The notes under the pieces: generated by a model
Told to the model about the DNA's origin: nothing
The model's input: the letters and a program-made list of their open reading frames with translations, nothing else
Databases searched by the model: none
DNA from: a virus
IMG/VR virus record: IMGVR_UViG_3300045988_147264
Span: 32,001 to 96,000 of that record
Strand: one strand, 5' to 3'
Length of the DNA: 64,000 nucleotides
Made by a program: the position numbers and the translations under genes
Shown: one piece after another, positions 36,580-44,282 of the stretch
Position numbering within the stretch: position 1 is the stretch's first letter
Layout of the letters: every line of letters starts with the position of its first letter

Positions 36580-36776
36580 GATCTCGTAGCTCAGTTGGCA
36601 GAGCACAATATTTCAGACAATAGTCCAAACCACAAAAACTTAAAGATATAAGGTTCATCCCTTACACTTCTCAGAAATGATGGAGGATAGTTTAATGAAA
36701 ACATTAAGTTTGCCTATATAAAAGCAGGTGTGGCAGGTTAATATTGAAGTCGCGGGTTCGATTCCCGTCGGGATCA
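36580..36776 (+). tRNA. tRNA gene interrupted by about 124-nt insertion in the anticodon loop (Lys-TTT, opal-suppressor TCA or other depending on splice site)
   Basis: 5' part: acceptor GATCTCG, canonical D-arm GCTC-AGTTGGCA-GAGC, anticodon 5' stem CAATA then TTTCAGA... 3' part: ...AA-TATTG (perfect partner of CAATA), variable AAGTC, T-arm GCGGG-TTCGATT-CCCGT, acceptor CGGGATC. Total 197 nt. Confidence 0.55.
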
Positions 36777-37040
36777 CACAATATATAAAAATAGTGGATA
36801 GGCCTGGAAGTAGCCATTCCTTAAAGAGTAATTGACCACCCGATCTATTAACGCTCCTTGGTAAAAGAGGAAAACGCAACTTAGTGGGATAAATGGAATA
36901 AGAAATGTAATGCACAAATCTGTATAACAGAGAGCATAAGATTCAATCTTTTACAGAGAAAACTGAAAAGGTAGTTGTATAACATCTTTGTAAGAGATAA
37001 ATTTATTTTTGGTGTAATAACACGCTATTTTTATTATTTT

Positions 37041-37113
37041 CTTCATGTGGCGAAGTGGCTAACGCGGCGGTCTGCAAAACCGTTATTCGTGGGTTCGAGT
37101 CCCACCATGGAGT
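37041..37113 (+). tRNA. tRNA-Cys (anticodon GCA)
   Basis: Acceptor CTTCATG/CATGGAG, D-arm GCG-AAGTGGCTAA-CGC, anticodon arm GCGGT-CTGCAAA-ACCGT, T-arm GTGGG-TTCGAGT-CCCAC. Confidence 0.6.
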
Positions 37114-37141
37114 CTAAGTTAAACAAATAAAGACAAACATC

Positions 37142-37411
37142 ATGGACGTAAAAACTTTTAACGAATTCTTTAACGAGCTCGCAAATGAGCAAAAGCGCAA
37201 CATTGATAATGTTGTTCATTACAGATATTCAAACAAGCCGGCAGTTGTAGCTACTGTAGATATGCCGAAAAATGAAAGAGTCCCAAGCTACAGGGTTGTT
37301 CGTTTCCTCGAATCCCAAGGAATCAAATTTGATTACCTTGCGTACGACAGAGAAAAATGCCGTTACTATGCTATGCTTAATAAAAATAGCTTTGAGAGAT
37401 GCGAACAGTAG
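37142..37411 (+). CDS. hypothetical early protein
   Basis: 89-aa ORF, first gene of the rightward module. Confidence 0.5.
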   Translation: MDVKTFNEFFNELANEQKRNIDNVVHYRYSNKPAVVATVDMPKNERVPSYRVVRFLESQGIKFDYLAYDREKCRYYAMLNKNSFERCEQ

Positions 37412-38037
37412 ACAATGCGGTAGACAATTTTGAACTGATTCGTGGATTCATGCGTTTTGAGTCTACGGATCAGTTTTATTTTCTACAGATTCTTCAACGG
37501 AAAAAGGATGGTCCTGGACCAAACGGCATTGTATATGGCACAAACAATAAAGCCAGAGCAATCAAGAGTTACTGCATAACGTCTGTCGAGATGTTGGATA
37601 GAATCTCTATTGAAGTCAAACATTTATGTAAATACTTCAATGCCAGGGCTTATTTTTATCCTGCGAGAAGATCTTTCAAAAAGGTTGCCATGAGGAACAT
37701 GGTGTTGCTTGCAAACAACATTTCTGAAGGTAATTACAACCACGCAAAGACTAATTACTGGTCGGCATGTGGTACCACTGAGATCGAGAAGTTATATTTA
37801 GTTGATGTGGATAATGACAAGTGCGACAAGGGTCGAGTGATTGACATAAACGTGGAAATTGAAACGAATGTAAGATCCGGCGCTTCTGTCGGCCAACGCA
37901 TAAAACTTTGTGTTCCCACAAAGAATGGCATTCATTTCATATGTTCGCCGTTTGACGTGGCTTCATTTAAGGAGAAGTATCCAGACATTGATGTACACAA
38001 AAGCAATCCTACAATATTATATTGTTTAAAAGATTAA
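37399..38037 (+). CDS. hypothetical protein
   Basis: 212-aa ORF, 13-nt overlap with the upstream gene. Confidence 0.5.
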   Translation: MRTVDNAVDNFELIRGFMRFESTDQFYFLQILQRKKDGPGPNGIVYGTNNKARAIKSYCITSVEMLDRISIEVKHLCKYFNARAYFYPARRSFKKVAMRNMVLLANNISEGNYNHAKTNYWSACGTTEIEKLYLVDVDNDKCDKGRVIDINVEIETNVRSGASVGQRIKLCVPTKNGIHFICSPFDVASFKEKYPDIDVHKSNPTILYCLKD

Positions 38038-38041
38038 CATT

Positions 38042-38245
38042 ATGGACATTAAATTTTCAAAGAAATCCATTAAGGACAATGGTTTCATTGTTCTTTATTG
38101 GGTACCAAACAACGAGATTGGGTTTAATCTATTTAAATCTCGGGAAGTCGCGCGAAAATTTGCCCTTGACAAGGTATCGGAAGGTTGCTCTGTAACTACA
38201 TTCACTAAAGACTGTGAACTACAGCCTAAAAGAAGGATTCTGTAA
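38042..38245 (+). CDS. hypothetical small protein
   Basis: 67-aa ORF, 4-nt spacing. Confidence 0.45.
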   Translation: MDIKFSKKSIKDNGFIVLYWVPNNEIGFNLFKSREVARKFALDKVSEGCSVTTFTKDCELQPKRRIL

Positions 38246-38248
38246 ATT

Positions 38249-38449
38249 ATGAAACCATACAGTAATGGCAAAGAATTCTTGCAAGACTCTATGAAACACG
38301 GTCCATACATTAAGGATGAAGTTCATGATTGTTGGAGATTTCCGACGAAAATCGAGAACAACGGTGTATGGCTTGACGATTATAGGTTTTGCAACTATAT
38401 CGCCTTGTCATCATATTGTTGGCAAGACGGTAAACGTTGTTGTCGATAA
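38249..38449 (+). CDS. hypothetical small Cys/Trp-rich protein
   Basis: 66 aa with CWRF...CNYIALSSYCWQDGKRCC. Confidence 0.45.
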   Translation: MKPYSNGKEFLQDSMKHGPYIKDEVHDCWRFPTKIENNGVWLDDYRFCNYIALSSYCWQDGKRCCR

Positions 38450-38690
38450 TAAATAATACCTGATTAAATGTTGGATGAGAGGCATCCACCATCTAAGGAG
38501 TTGATTCATTCCAGAGGGTTGAGTGTAATCTCAGGTTGGCTATACGTGTATAGCTGACTGTTCCGGCTAGGCTGGCGGAGTTAATAGCCGCACATACGGT
38601 GCCTTGAGCATCTGGTGATAAGCGGGGTGGATAATCATTGAATCATTTGGCGTAACAGCACATAATCAGGTATTTAAATTACGTATTAAT
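38450..38690 (+). ncRNA. candidate structured RNA / regulatory leader in an unusually GC-rich 240-nt intergenic region
   Basis: Hairpins TGGATG-AGAGG-CATCCA, GCTATAC-GT-GTATAGC, GCGG-AGTTAATA-GCCGC. GC is clearly above the flanking genes. Confidence 0.3.
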
Positions 38691-38695
38691 CAAAC

Positions 38696-38944
38696 ATGAA
38701 CACACTAGAACAAGGATTACTTGTACCCATCAGGTCAGAACTTATAGGGCACAATGCAATATTTTACTCTTTTAGTGGTAAGACAATTGCAGAAAACATT
38801 ACGGAAGTAGAGCTTGACGGTTATGGAAAATTCATTAGAATTACGGCCGATAAGATTGTCTATGCTATTCCCGGAACAAGAGCAACACTTGAAACGAATC
38901 AACGTCGTTTTCATGTTTCAAGCAAATATGAAGTAACAAAATAA
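38696..38944 (+). CDS. hypothetical small protein
   Basis: 82-aa ORF. Confidence 0.45.
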   Translation: MNTLEQGLLVPIRSELIGHNAIFYSFSGKTIAENITEVELDGYGKFIRITADKIVYAIPGTRATLETNQRRFHVSSKYEVTK

Positions 38945-38954
38945 TAAACAATAA

Positions 38955-39176
38955 ATGAAAAAGTTTATAATAAAACATAAAACAGACGGTTCCATAATTG
39001 GCACGCTTAACACAAAGAAACAAGCATCTGACTTTGTCATGAAATTGGTTGAATTAAATAAGATTGACAACATATTCAATGTGGTGTGTGAGGAACAAGA
39101 CATTGATGATTATCCCCTCACTTTCGGCGATGCTTATGCGAAGTTAGACATCACTGGAAGCGCTCTTGAACTGTAA
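38955..39176 (+). CDS. hypothetical small protein
   Basis: 73-aa ORF. Confidence 0.45.
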   Translation: MKKFIIKHKTDGSIIGTLNTKKQASDFVMKLVELNKIDNIFNVVCEEQDIDDYPLTFGDAYAKLDITGSALEL

Positions 39177-39360
39177 GGCGACAATAATCTTGCGAAATCC
39201 GCCGTGGCTTTCTATAAACTGGCTGTCATTGCAAGGGCTTGGAATAAAACTGATGGCTTTACGCCAGATCGTTCCAATATCGAACAGCGAATATATTATC
39301 CGTGGTTTGTCTATGAAGAACGAGTCAAAAGATTTTATTGAGGAACTTAAAAAGAAATAG
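39166..39360 (+). CDS. hypothetical small protein
   Basis: 64-aa ORF overlapping the upstream gene by 11 nt. Confidence 0.4.
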   Translation: MNCKATIILRNPPWLSINWLSLQGLGIKLMALRQIVPISNSEYIIRGLSMKNESKDFIEELKKK

Positions 39361-39362
39361 TT

Positions 39363-39536
39363 ATGTCTAAAGAAGAGTATGAAGATAATATTACAGCCGC
39401 ATTTAAAGCAGGCGCAAGATGGATGCTTGAAAAAGCCTGTGAATACATAAGGAGTCAATATCCAGTTCACTATCAAGAATGGTATGAGTTGGCTGAAAAA
39501 CGTGTTAAACAATTCAAGAAAGCAATGGAGGAATAA
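39363..39536 (+). CDS. hypothetical small protein (57 aa, below ORF-track cutoff)
   Basis: ATG at 39363 to TAA at 39534-39536: MSKEEYEDNITAAFKAGARWMLEKACEYIRSQYPVHYQEWYELAEKRVKQFKKAMEE. Fills an otherwise empty gap with tight spacing. Confidence 0.4.
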   Translation: MSKEEYEDNITAAFKAGARWMLEKACEYIRSQYPVHYQEWYELAEKRVKQFKKAMEE

Positions 39537-39538
39537 AC

Positions 39539-39712
39539 ATGACAGAAGAAGAGTTAATACAATTTCTAAAAAAGAATTTAGCCGTTGAGGTTTGTCATCC
39601 GGAACATAATGTTGGTTATTATCACATTGTAAAGGAGCCTGATGAACACAACATCACGGTAAAAATAAAACTATTAGGAAGGACAATTTGCGAAGGCACA
39701 TCTTGTTCTTAA
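39539..39712 (+). CDS. hypothetical small protein (57 aa, below ORF-track cutoff)
   Basis: ATG at 39539 to TAA at 39710-39712: MTEEELIQFLKKNLAVEVCHPEHNVGYYHIVKEPDEHNITVKIKLLGRTICEGTSCS. Confidence 0.4.
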   Translation: MTEEELIQFLKKNLAVEVCHPEHNVGYYHIVKEPDEHNITVKIKLLGRTICEGTSCS

Positions 39713-39733
39713 AACTTAAAGAAACAAAATAAT

Positions 39734-40303
39734 ATGGGATGTCATACGTGGTTTTATGTTTGTCTTCCTGACAAACAAGAAAAATGGCTCAATGAGTGGA
39801 AGCGCATTAAAATAAGAGCCGTAAACAGACACATCAAGAGCGTCAATGACCTTAGTACGTTGCAGTTGAAGAATCGCATTAAGGAATGGGCGAATATGTA
39901 TCCTAATAGTGGAATTGAAAACTTCACTGTTGAACAATTCAAGGAAGCTGTTCTTAAAACGGATCTTAGGATTAAAAAGATGTTCGACGACAATCTTGAT
40001 ATCTTGCATATAATGAAGAACTGTGACCAGGTTGATACATGTTGTATCTATGGCCTATATATGATTCATGACAACAAGATTTATCGCGAGATGAATGCAA
40101 GTTATCCTAACGGGAAGCCAGTTTTCCCTGATGGGTTACACGATCTATTTAGAGTCTATGATTATGAAGCCAATGCTTGCCTAAACATAGATGACTGCTA
40201 TACCTGCCTTAAAGATCACAACGTAACGTTGTCAAACTCGCAAGACAGGGAACTCAAATCATTCTGGAATAAATACCCTGACAGTATTATATGTTTTGGT
40301 TGA
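39734..40303 (+). CDS. hypothetical Cys-rich protein
   Basis: 189-aa ORF. Confidence 0.5.
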   Translation: MGCHTWFYVCLPDKQEKWLNEWKRIKIRAVNRHIKSVNDLSTLQLKNRIKEWANMYPNSGIENFTVEQFKEAVLKTDLRIKKMFDDNLDILHIMKNCDQVDTCCIYGLYMIHDNKIYREMNASYPNGKPVFPDGLHDLFRVYDYEANACLNIDDCYTCLKDHNVTLSNSQDRELKSFWNKYPDSIICFG

Positions 40304-40544
40304 TATGATAATGACAATCTACACAGTGATTTTCATCGCGATAGTGGTGATAATCTCTGCCAACATAGTCAAGAATCACGGCAAAGACTGTGTTAGTGTT
40401 GACATATTTGGCTATACAGTGACATCCGGCGAATTAGTTGTGATTGCAATGTTTTGGCCACTCGCAATAGTATATCTCATGCTCTGGCTTGTATGGAAAG
40501 CGTTCTGCGCAATCCTACAGGCTGTAGGTATCCTTCGTTCATAA
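40296..40544 (+). CDS. small integral membrane protein
   Basis: 82 aa with two hydrophobic helices (IYTVIFIAIVVIISANIV, VVIAMFWPLAIVYLMLWLVW). Confidence 0.5.
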   Translation: MVDMIMTIYTVIFIAIVVIISANIVKNHGKDCVSVDIFGYTVTSGELVVIAMFWPLAIVYLMLWLVWKAFCAILQAVGILRS

Positions 40545-40547
40545 TGT

Positions 40548-41345
40548 TTGCACAAGTCACAAATCGCTGTGTTTGTGGCTTATGTTTTAACTAAAAAAGA
40601 CATGCAGTATTATTTAAAAATCGATACGTGCTTCAAGCGCGTACAAGACAAAGATAATCCTTTGTTTAACTGTATTATTCCTGACGAATTCACTCGGGAT
40701 GAATTCGCTGTTCTACAGGATTGCAGATGGTTGGCTACTGAAAAAGTTGACGGTACAAACATGTCATATCATTTCAGATATGAAGCCAATCCGACGGGTA
40801 ATGAACCACCGCTCGTGGATATTCTTGAGATTCATGGTAAAACTCCGGACTCTAAGATACCTATTCCTTTAATCGAGAAGATGCAGTCTCTTGTTTCCAA
40901 GGAAGACTTTCATAGGTTGTTCCTTAGAGAAGATAAGCCTAACTCGCTTGTCGATGTTTGGATTTTTGGTGAAGGTTATGGCAAAAAGATTCAAAAGTTC
41001 GGCAATGATTACATCAGTAATGGCGTGAATTTCATTGTCTTTGACATCAAAATCGGCAATATTTGGCTCACAAGAGGATCCGTAGAGGAGATTTGTCGGG
41101 AGTTACGCCTTGACATTGTGCCTATCATTGATTATATGACCTTAAATCAAGGTATAAGACTTGTTGAAAAGGGTTTTAAGTCAAGGGTTGCAGAGAATGA
41201 AAACCTTAATGCCGAGGGACTTGTGCTGTCAGCGCCATGTATGATGCTTGACAGGCTCGGCAACAGGATTGTCACCAAGATTAAGACATGTGACTTCAAT
41301 CAGTTAAAAGCAAAACTCAAAAGTAATGGAACAGTTCTCGGTTAA
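40548..41345 (+). CDS. ATP-dependent RNA (or polynucleotide) ligase, nucleotidyltransferase superfamily
   Basis: Motif I ATEKVDGTNMSY (KxDG), motif III NFIVFDIKIG, motif IV AEGLVLSAP, motif V RIVTKIKT. 265 aa, the size of phage Rnl-type ligases. Confidence 0.6.
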   Translation: MHKSQIAVFVAYVLTKKDMQYYLKIDTCFKRVQDKDNPLFNCIIPDEFTRDEFAVLQDCRWLATEKVDGTNMSYHFRYEANPTGNEPPLVDILEIHGKTPDSKIPIPLIEKMQSLVSKEDFHRLFLREDKPNSLVDVWIFGEGYGKKIQKFGNDYISNGVNFIVFDIKIGNIWLTRGSVEEICRELRLDIVPIIDYMTLNQGIRLVEKGFKSRVAENENLNAEGLVLSAPCMMLDRLGNRIVTKIKTCDFNQLKAKLKSNGTVLG

Positions 41346-41372
41346 CAAATGGCTTAATAGTTACAATTTAAT

Positions 41373-41783
41373 GTGCAGGCTAATATGATTCTCACTGGAA
41401 TATCACATATGTATTGGATAACAAGGTTATCATTAATACATGACGCGTTTTTATTCGTTTTTATCATTGCTGCAACTGTGGCGTCCCTTACCGGAATAAT
41501 TGTTTTTTTATCGACTGGTGATGATAAAGATGACTATGCTTGTTTTAAGCGCGTAAAAAAGTGCTTTATTACAGCAATTGTAGCTGTTGTTCTTAGTGGT
41601 GTAGGATTGGTATTTGTTCCAAAAACAAATGAGGCTCTGCTCATTTATGGCGTAGGTACAACAATTGATTACGTTGACAACAACGAAACCATTAAACAAC
41701 TCCCGGATAAGGCTGTACAGGCACTTGACAAGTACCTAGACTTGCTTAACAAAGACAGTGAAAATAAAAATTCTCATAACTAA
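41373..41783 (+). CDS. membrane protein
   Basis: 136 aa. Hydrophobic helices LFVFIIAATVASLTGIIVFL and AIVAVVLSGVGLVFV. Confidence 0.5.
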   Translation: MQANMILTGISHMYWITRLSLIHDAFLFVFIIAATVASLTGIIVFLSTGDDKDDYACFKRVKKCFITAIVAVVLSGVGLVFVPKTNEALLIYGVGTTIDYVDNNETIKQLPDKAVQALDKYLDLLNKDSENKNSHN

Positions 41784-41784
41784 A

Positions 41785-42606
41785 ATGAATTTAATCAAAT
41801 CATCTGTTGAAGAATGGGTGCAAGAAAACTCGCTTCAAGGGGCTTACAAACAAATCGAGAAAGCCGCAAGAGTCTGCTATAAGTCAGATCTTGGAAAGAA
41901 TCCCGCTGAATTTGTTGACAAGCTCGTTTCTAATGGCCATATGGCTATGCTCGAACACGGCATTCTATATTTACGTATCGAGTTTAACCATTTACTCGAC
42001 CATACGGTACATAAAAGTGTCAATAAGTTGTTATCATCTCCTTACGTCAAATTCAAAACATTTGGCGTCAACGGAAAGCCAATAGAATGGCACATAACAG
42101 CCAACATGCGAGTGTTCTATGAACTTAATGTTCTTGATCTGCTACAATATGCTGTTACTCCTGACGACTCGTATGAGAAGGTCAGGTGTTTCCACTTTGT
42201 GCTGAACAGGGCGATAGCAAATGAGTTCGTTCGTCACAGAAAATTCAGTTTCGCCCAGGAGTCTACCAGATTCTGCAATTACAGCAAGGACAAGTTTGAC
42301 AATCAGGTAACTTTTGTTATATCTGATGAGGTTGAAAACTCTTCCTCAAAAGACCTGTTCAAACGAGCCATGGCTGATGCTGAAAGGCATTATCTCACGG
42401 CATTGAAAGATGGTCTTAAACCAGAAGAAGCGAGAGACATGTTGCCATTATCAACAAAGACAGAGCTTGTAATGACAGGATTTTTGTCAGATTGGCAGCA
42501 TTTTATCGATTTGCGTTCCATTGGCAGCACAGGAAGGCCGCATCCGGAAGCGAAAAAGCTGGCAGACCAAGTAAAAGAAATACTTTATGGATCTACGAAC
42601 ACTTAA
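41785..42606 (+). CDS. thyX: flavin-dependent thymidylate synthase ThyX
   Basis: ThyX signature FVRHRKFSFAQESTRF (RHRx7S). Start placed at ATG 41785 (MNLIKSS...) just after the upstream stop. The longer track ORF begins at 41758. Confidence 0.7.
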   Translation: MNLIKSSVEEWVQENSLQGAYKQIEKAARVCYKSDLGKNPAEFVDKLVSNGHMAMLEHGILYLRIEFNHLLDHTVHKSVNKLLSSPYVKFKTFGVNGKPIEWHITANMRVFYELNVLDLLQYAVTPDDSYEKVRCFHFVLNRAIANEFVRHRKFSFAQESTRFCNYSKDKFDNQVTFVISDEVENSSSKDLFKRAMADAERHYLTALKDGLKPEEARDMLPLSTKTELVMTGFLSDWQHFIDLRSIGSTGRPHPEAKKLADQVKEILYGSTNT

Positions 42607-42835
42607 GAAATACTTTGCTCGATGTAGAATCTCATATACTGTAGTTTGGACTCCTAATCAAGAAATGTATGTTTCATTACCAACGTGTTCTGACAGGAAG
42701 CCAATCTATCGATTAATTGTTATTGATAACGGGCTGGTTGTTATCGTTACTAACAAGATTGTCGTTTATAATCAAATAGAAGAAATCAAACAAATAAAGT
42801 TTTATGATTCTAAAGGTAAAGAAATTGCACAATGA
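42587..42835 (+). CDS. hypothetical small protein
   Basis: 82-aa ORF overlapping thyX end and dut start. Confidence 0.4.
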   Translation: MDLRTLKKYFARCRISYTVVWTPNQEMYVSLPTCSDRKPIYRLIVIDNGLVVIVTNKIVVYNQIEEIKQIKFYDSKGKEIAQ

Positions 42836-43229
42836 TGCTCAGTTGCCGTTCTATGCCACAAAAGGTTCAGTTGGAATGGATCTTACATGCGTGAGTGCCG
42901 AGTGGGATCGTGAACATAACGAGATTAAGTATGGCACTGGTCTTGCATTCGAGATTCCTCAAGGATATGGTGGATTCCTGTTTCCAAGAAGCTCTGTATG
43001 CAAGAAAACTCTTGACATGGCTAACTGCGTCGGCGTGATTGACTCTGATTACAGGGGAGAGGTTTCTGCTGTGTTCAGAATCACAAATCCAGCTGATGAA
43101 AAGGTATATGCTATTGGTGAAAGATGTTGCCAGATTGTAATCTTGCCGGTAGCTATATGCGAAATTGTTGAAGGCGATCTTAGCGAAACAGCAAGAGGCG
43201 CTCGTGGATATGGTTCAACAGGTAAATAA
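42804..43229 (+). CDS. dut: dUTP pyrophosphatase (dUTPase)
   Basis: Motifs GSVGMDL, FPRSS, VGVIDSDYRGE, ARGARGYGSTGK. Confidence 0.8.
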   Translation: MILKVKKLHNDAQLPFYATKGSVGMDLTCVSAEWDREHNEIKYGTGLAFEIPQGYGGFLFPRSSVCKKTLDMANCVGVIDSDYRGEVSAVFRITNPADEKVYAIGERCCQIVILPVAICEIVEGDLSETARGARGYGSTGK

Positions 43230-43236
43230 TTATATC

Positions 43237-43473
43237 ATGAATGTATTTAAGTTTGTTTTCGGCTACAACGACGGTAAAGTAAAAGAAAGGCTTATGGTCT
43301 TTGACCATGTGTGCGCCGCATCCTTTGCTGAACTGGAGGGTAAAAGGCCCGGTTGCGTTTCTGTAGACAAGGAGGAAGTTACGCCTGAAATGGCAAGAGA
43401 AATCCTTGAAAAGGATAATACTCTTACCGACATCGGCAGAATGCTTCTTGAACAGATAGCCAACAAGAAATAA
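43237..43473 (+). CDS. hypothetical small protein
   Basis: In-frame ATG at 43237 (MNVFKFVFGYNDGK...) immediately after the dut stop. The track ORF starts at 43165 inside dut. Confidence 0.45.
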   Translation: MNVFKFVFGYNDGKVKERLMVFDHVCAASFAELEGKRPGCVSVDKEEVTPEMAREILEKDNTLTDIGRMLLEQIANKK

Positions 43474-43481
43474 TCTTCAAA

Positions 43482-43555
43482 TCCCGTGTAATATACTTTG
43501 TAGCAACATTGTATATGAGATGGTATTATCGGTTCAACTCCGATCACGGGATCCA
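43482..43555 (+). ncRNA. 72-nt tRNA-like minihelix element with genome-encoded 3' CCA (no recognisable D or anticodon arms)
   Basis: Acceptor TCCCGTG/CACGGGA (7 bp perfect), T-arm ATCGG-TTCAACT-CCGAT (canonical loop), discriminator T then CCA. Positions 8-48 form one hairpin (ATATAC/GTATAT stem, 14-nt loop). Confidence 0.45.
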
Positions 43556-43575
43556 TCAACAATCAAAAAAACATT

Positions 43576-43701
43576 ATGAACAAAGTAATTAAAGATTTTC
43601 TGATATTCGCGGGACAGAGTTTCGCGTTTATCGTTACGGCAATAATTTTTGTCGTACTGTTTACTCTATTGTTTGGCGTTATAATAGCTATATTCCAATG
43701 A
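43576..43701 (+). CDS. small hydrophobic membrane peptide (41 aa)
   Basis: MNKVIKDFLIFAGQSFAFIVTAIIFVVLFTLLFGVIIAIFQ. Stop overlaps the next ATG (ATGA). Below the ORF-track cutoff. Confidence 0.4.
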   Translation: MNKVIKDFLIFAGQSFAFIVTAIIFVVLFTLLFGVIIAIFQ

Positions 43702-43949
43702 TACGAGTTAAGGTAGATGACACTCCTGCGACATGGCTGGAATTCAAAGATGGCACGTCGGAAGAATATATAGCGAAGAGAGTCGCTATATATAAGAAAA
43801 CCAAGGATGACGAGTTGAAATCAATCATCGAAGGATGCAAAAAAGATCTTGGCACAAAAGTAGCAAAGAACAACCATCACTATAAGAAGATGCGTGCTTT
43901 GCTTGAGGTCAATATTTCAGATGCCTCCGGAGGTAAAATACTATACTAA
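43698..43949 (+). CDS. hypothetical small protein
   Basis: 83-aa ORF. Confidence 0.45.
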   Translation: MIRVKVDDTPATWLEFKDGTSEEYIAKRVAIYKKTKDDELKSIIEGCKKDLGTKVAKNNHHYKKMRALLEVNISDASGGKILY

Positions 43950-43952
43950 AAA

Positions 43953-44282
43953 ATGTTAACATTCAAAACAAATGTTTTAGGCGGACCCCCCTTCTATATG
44001 GGGACTGTAACTTATAATAAGACTCCAACAGATTCACACAGGAGCGCTTATTATGGCCATTTAAGCTCATCTTCAAGACCGATCGATCTTGACAACAACA
44101 GAAGAAGTGTATGTGTTCATTACTCGCCGGTAAAAGACAATACCAAGCCGTTCGATTTGCGACAAGTAGCCGTCGCGATGAGGGCTATTATGAAAACAAT
44201 TAATAATTGTGAAAAAGATAGAATTAGATCCCGCGGACGTCGCATTATTCTCGGCGACGCAAATGAACCTTTTATTATCTGA
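43953..44282 (+). CDS. hypothetical protein
   Basis: 109-aa ORF. Confidence 0.45.
   Translation: MLTFKTNVLGGPPFYMGTVTYNKTPTDSHRSAYYGHLSSSSRPIDLDNNRRSVCVHYSPVKDNTKPFDLRQVAVAMRAIMKTINNCEKDRIRSRGRRIILGDANEPFII

Noticed and set aside
36655-36915. 86-aa minus-strand ORF overlapping the interrupted tRNA gene
   Set aside because: Overlaps the tRNA 3' half (T-arm and acceptor) and antisense to the cluster. No supporting signals.
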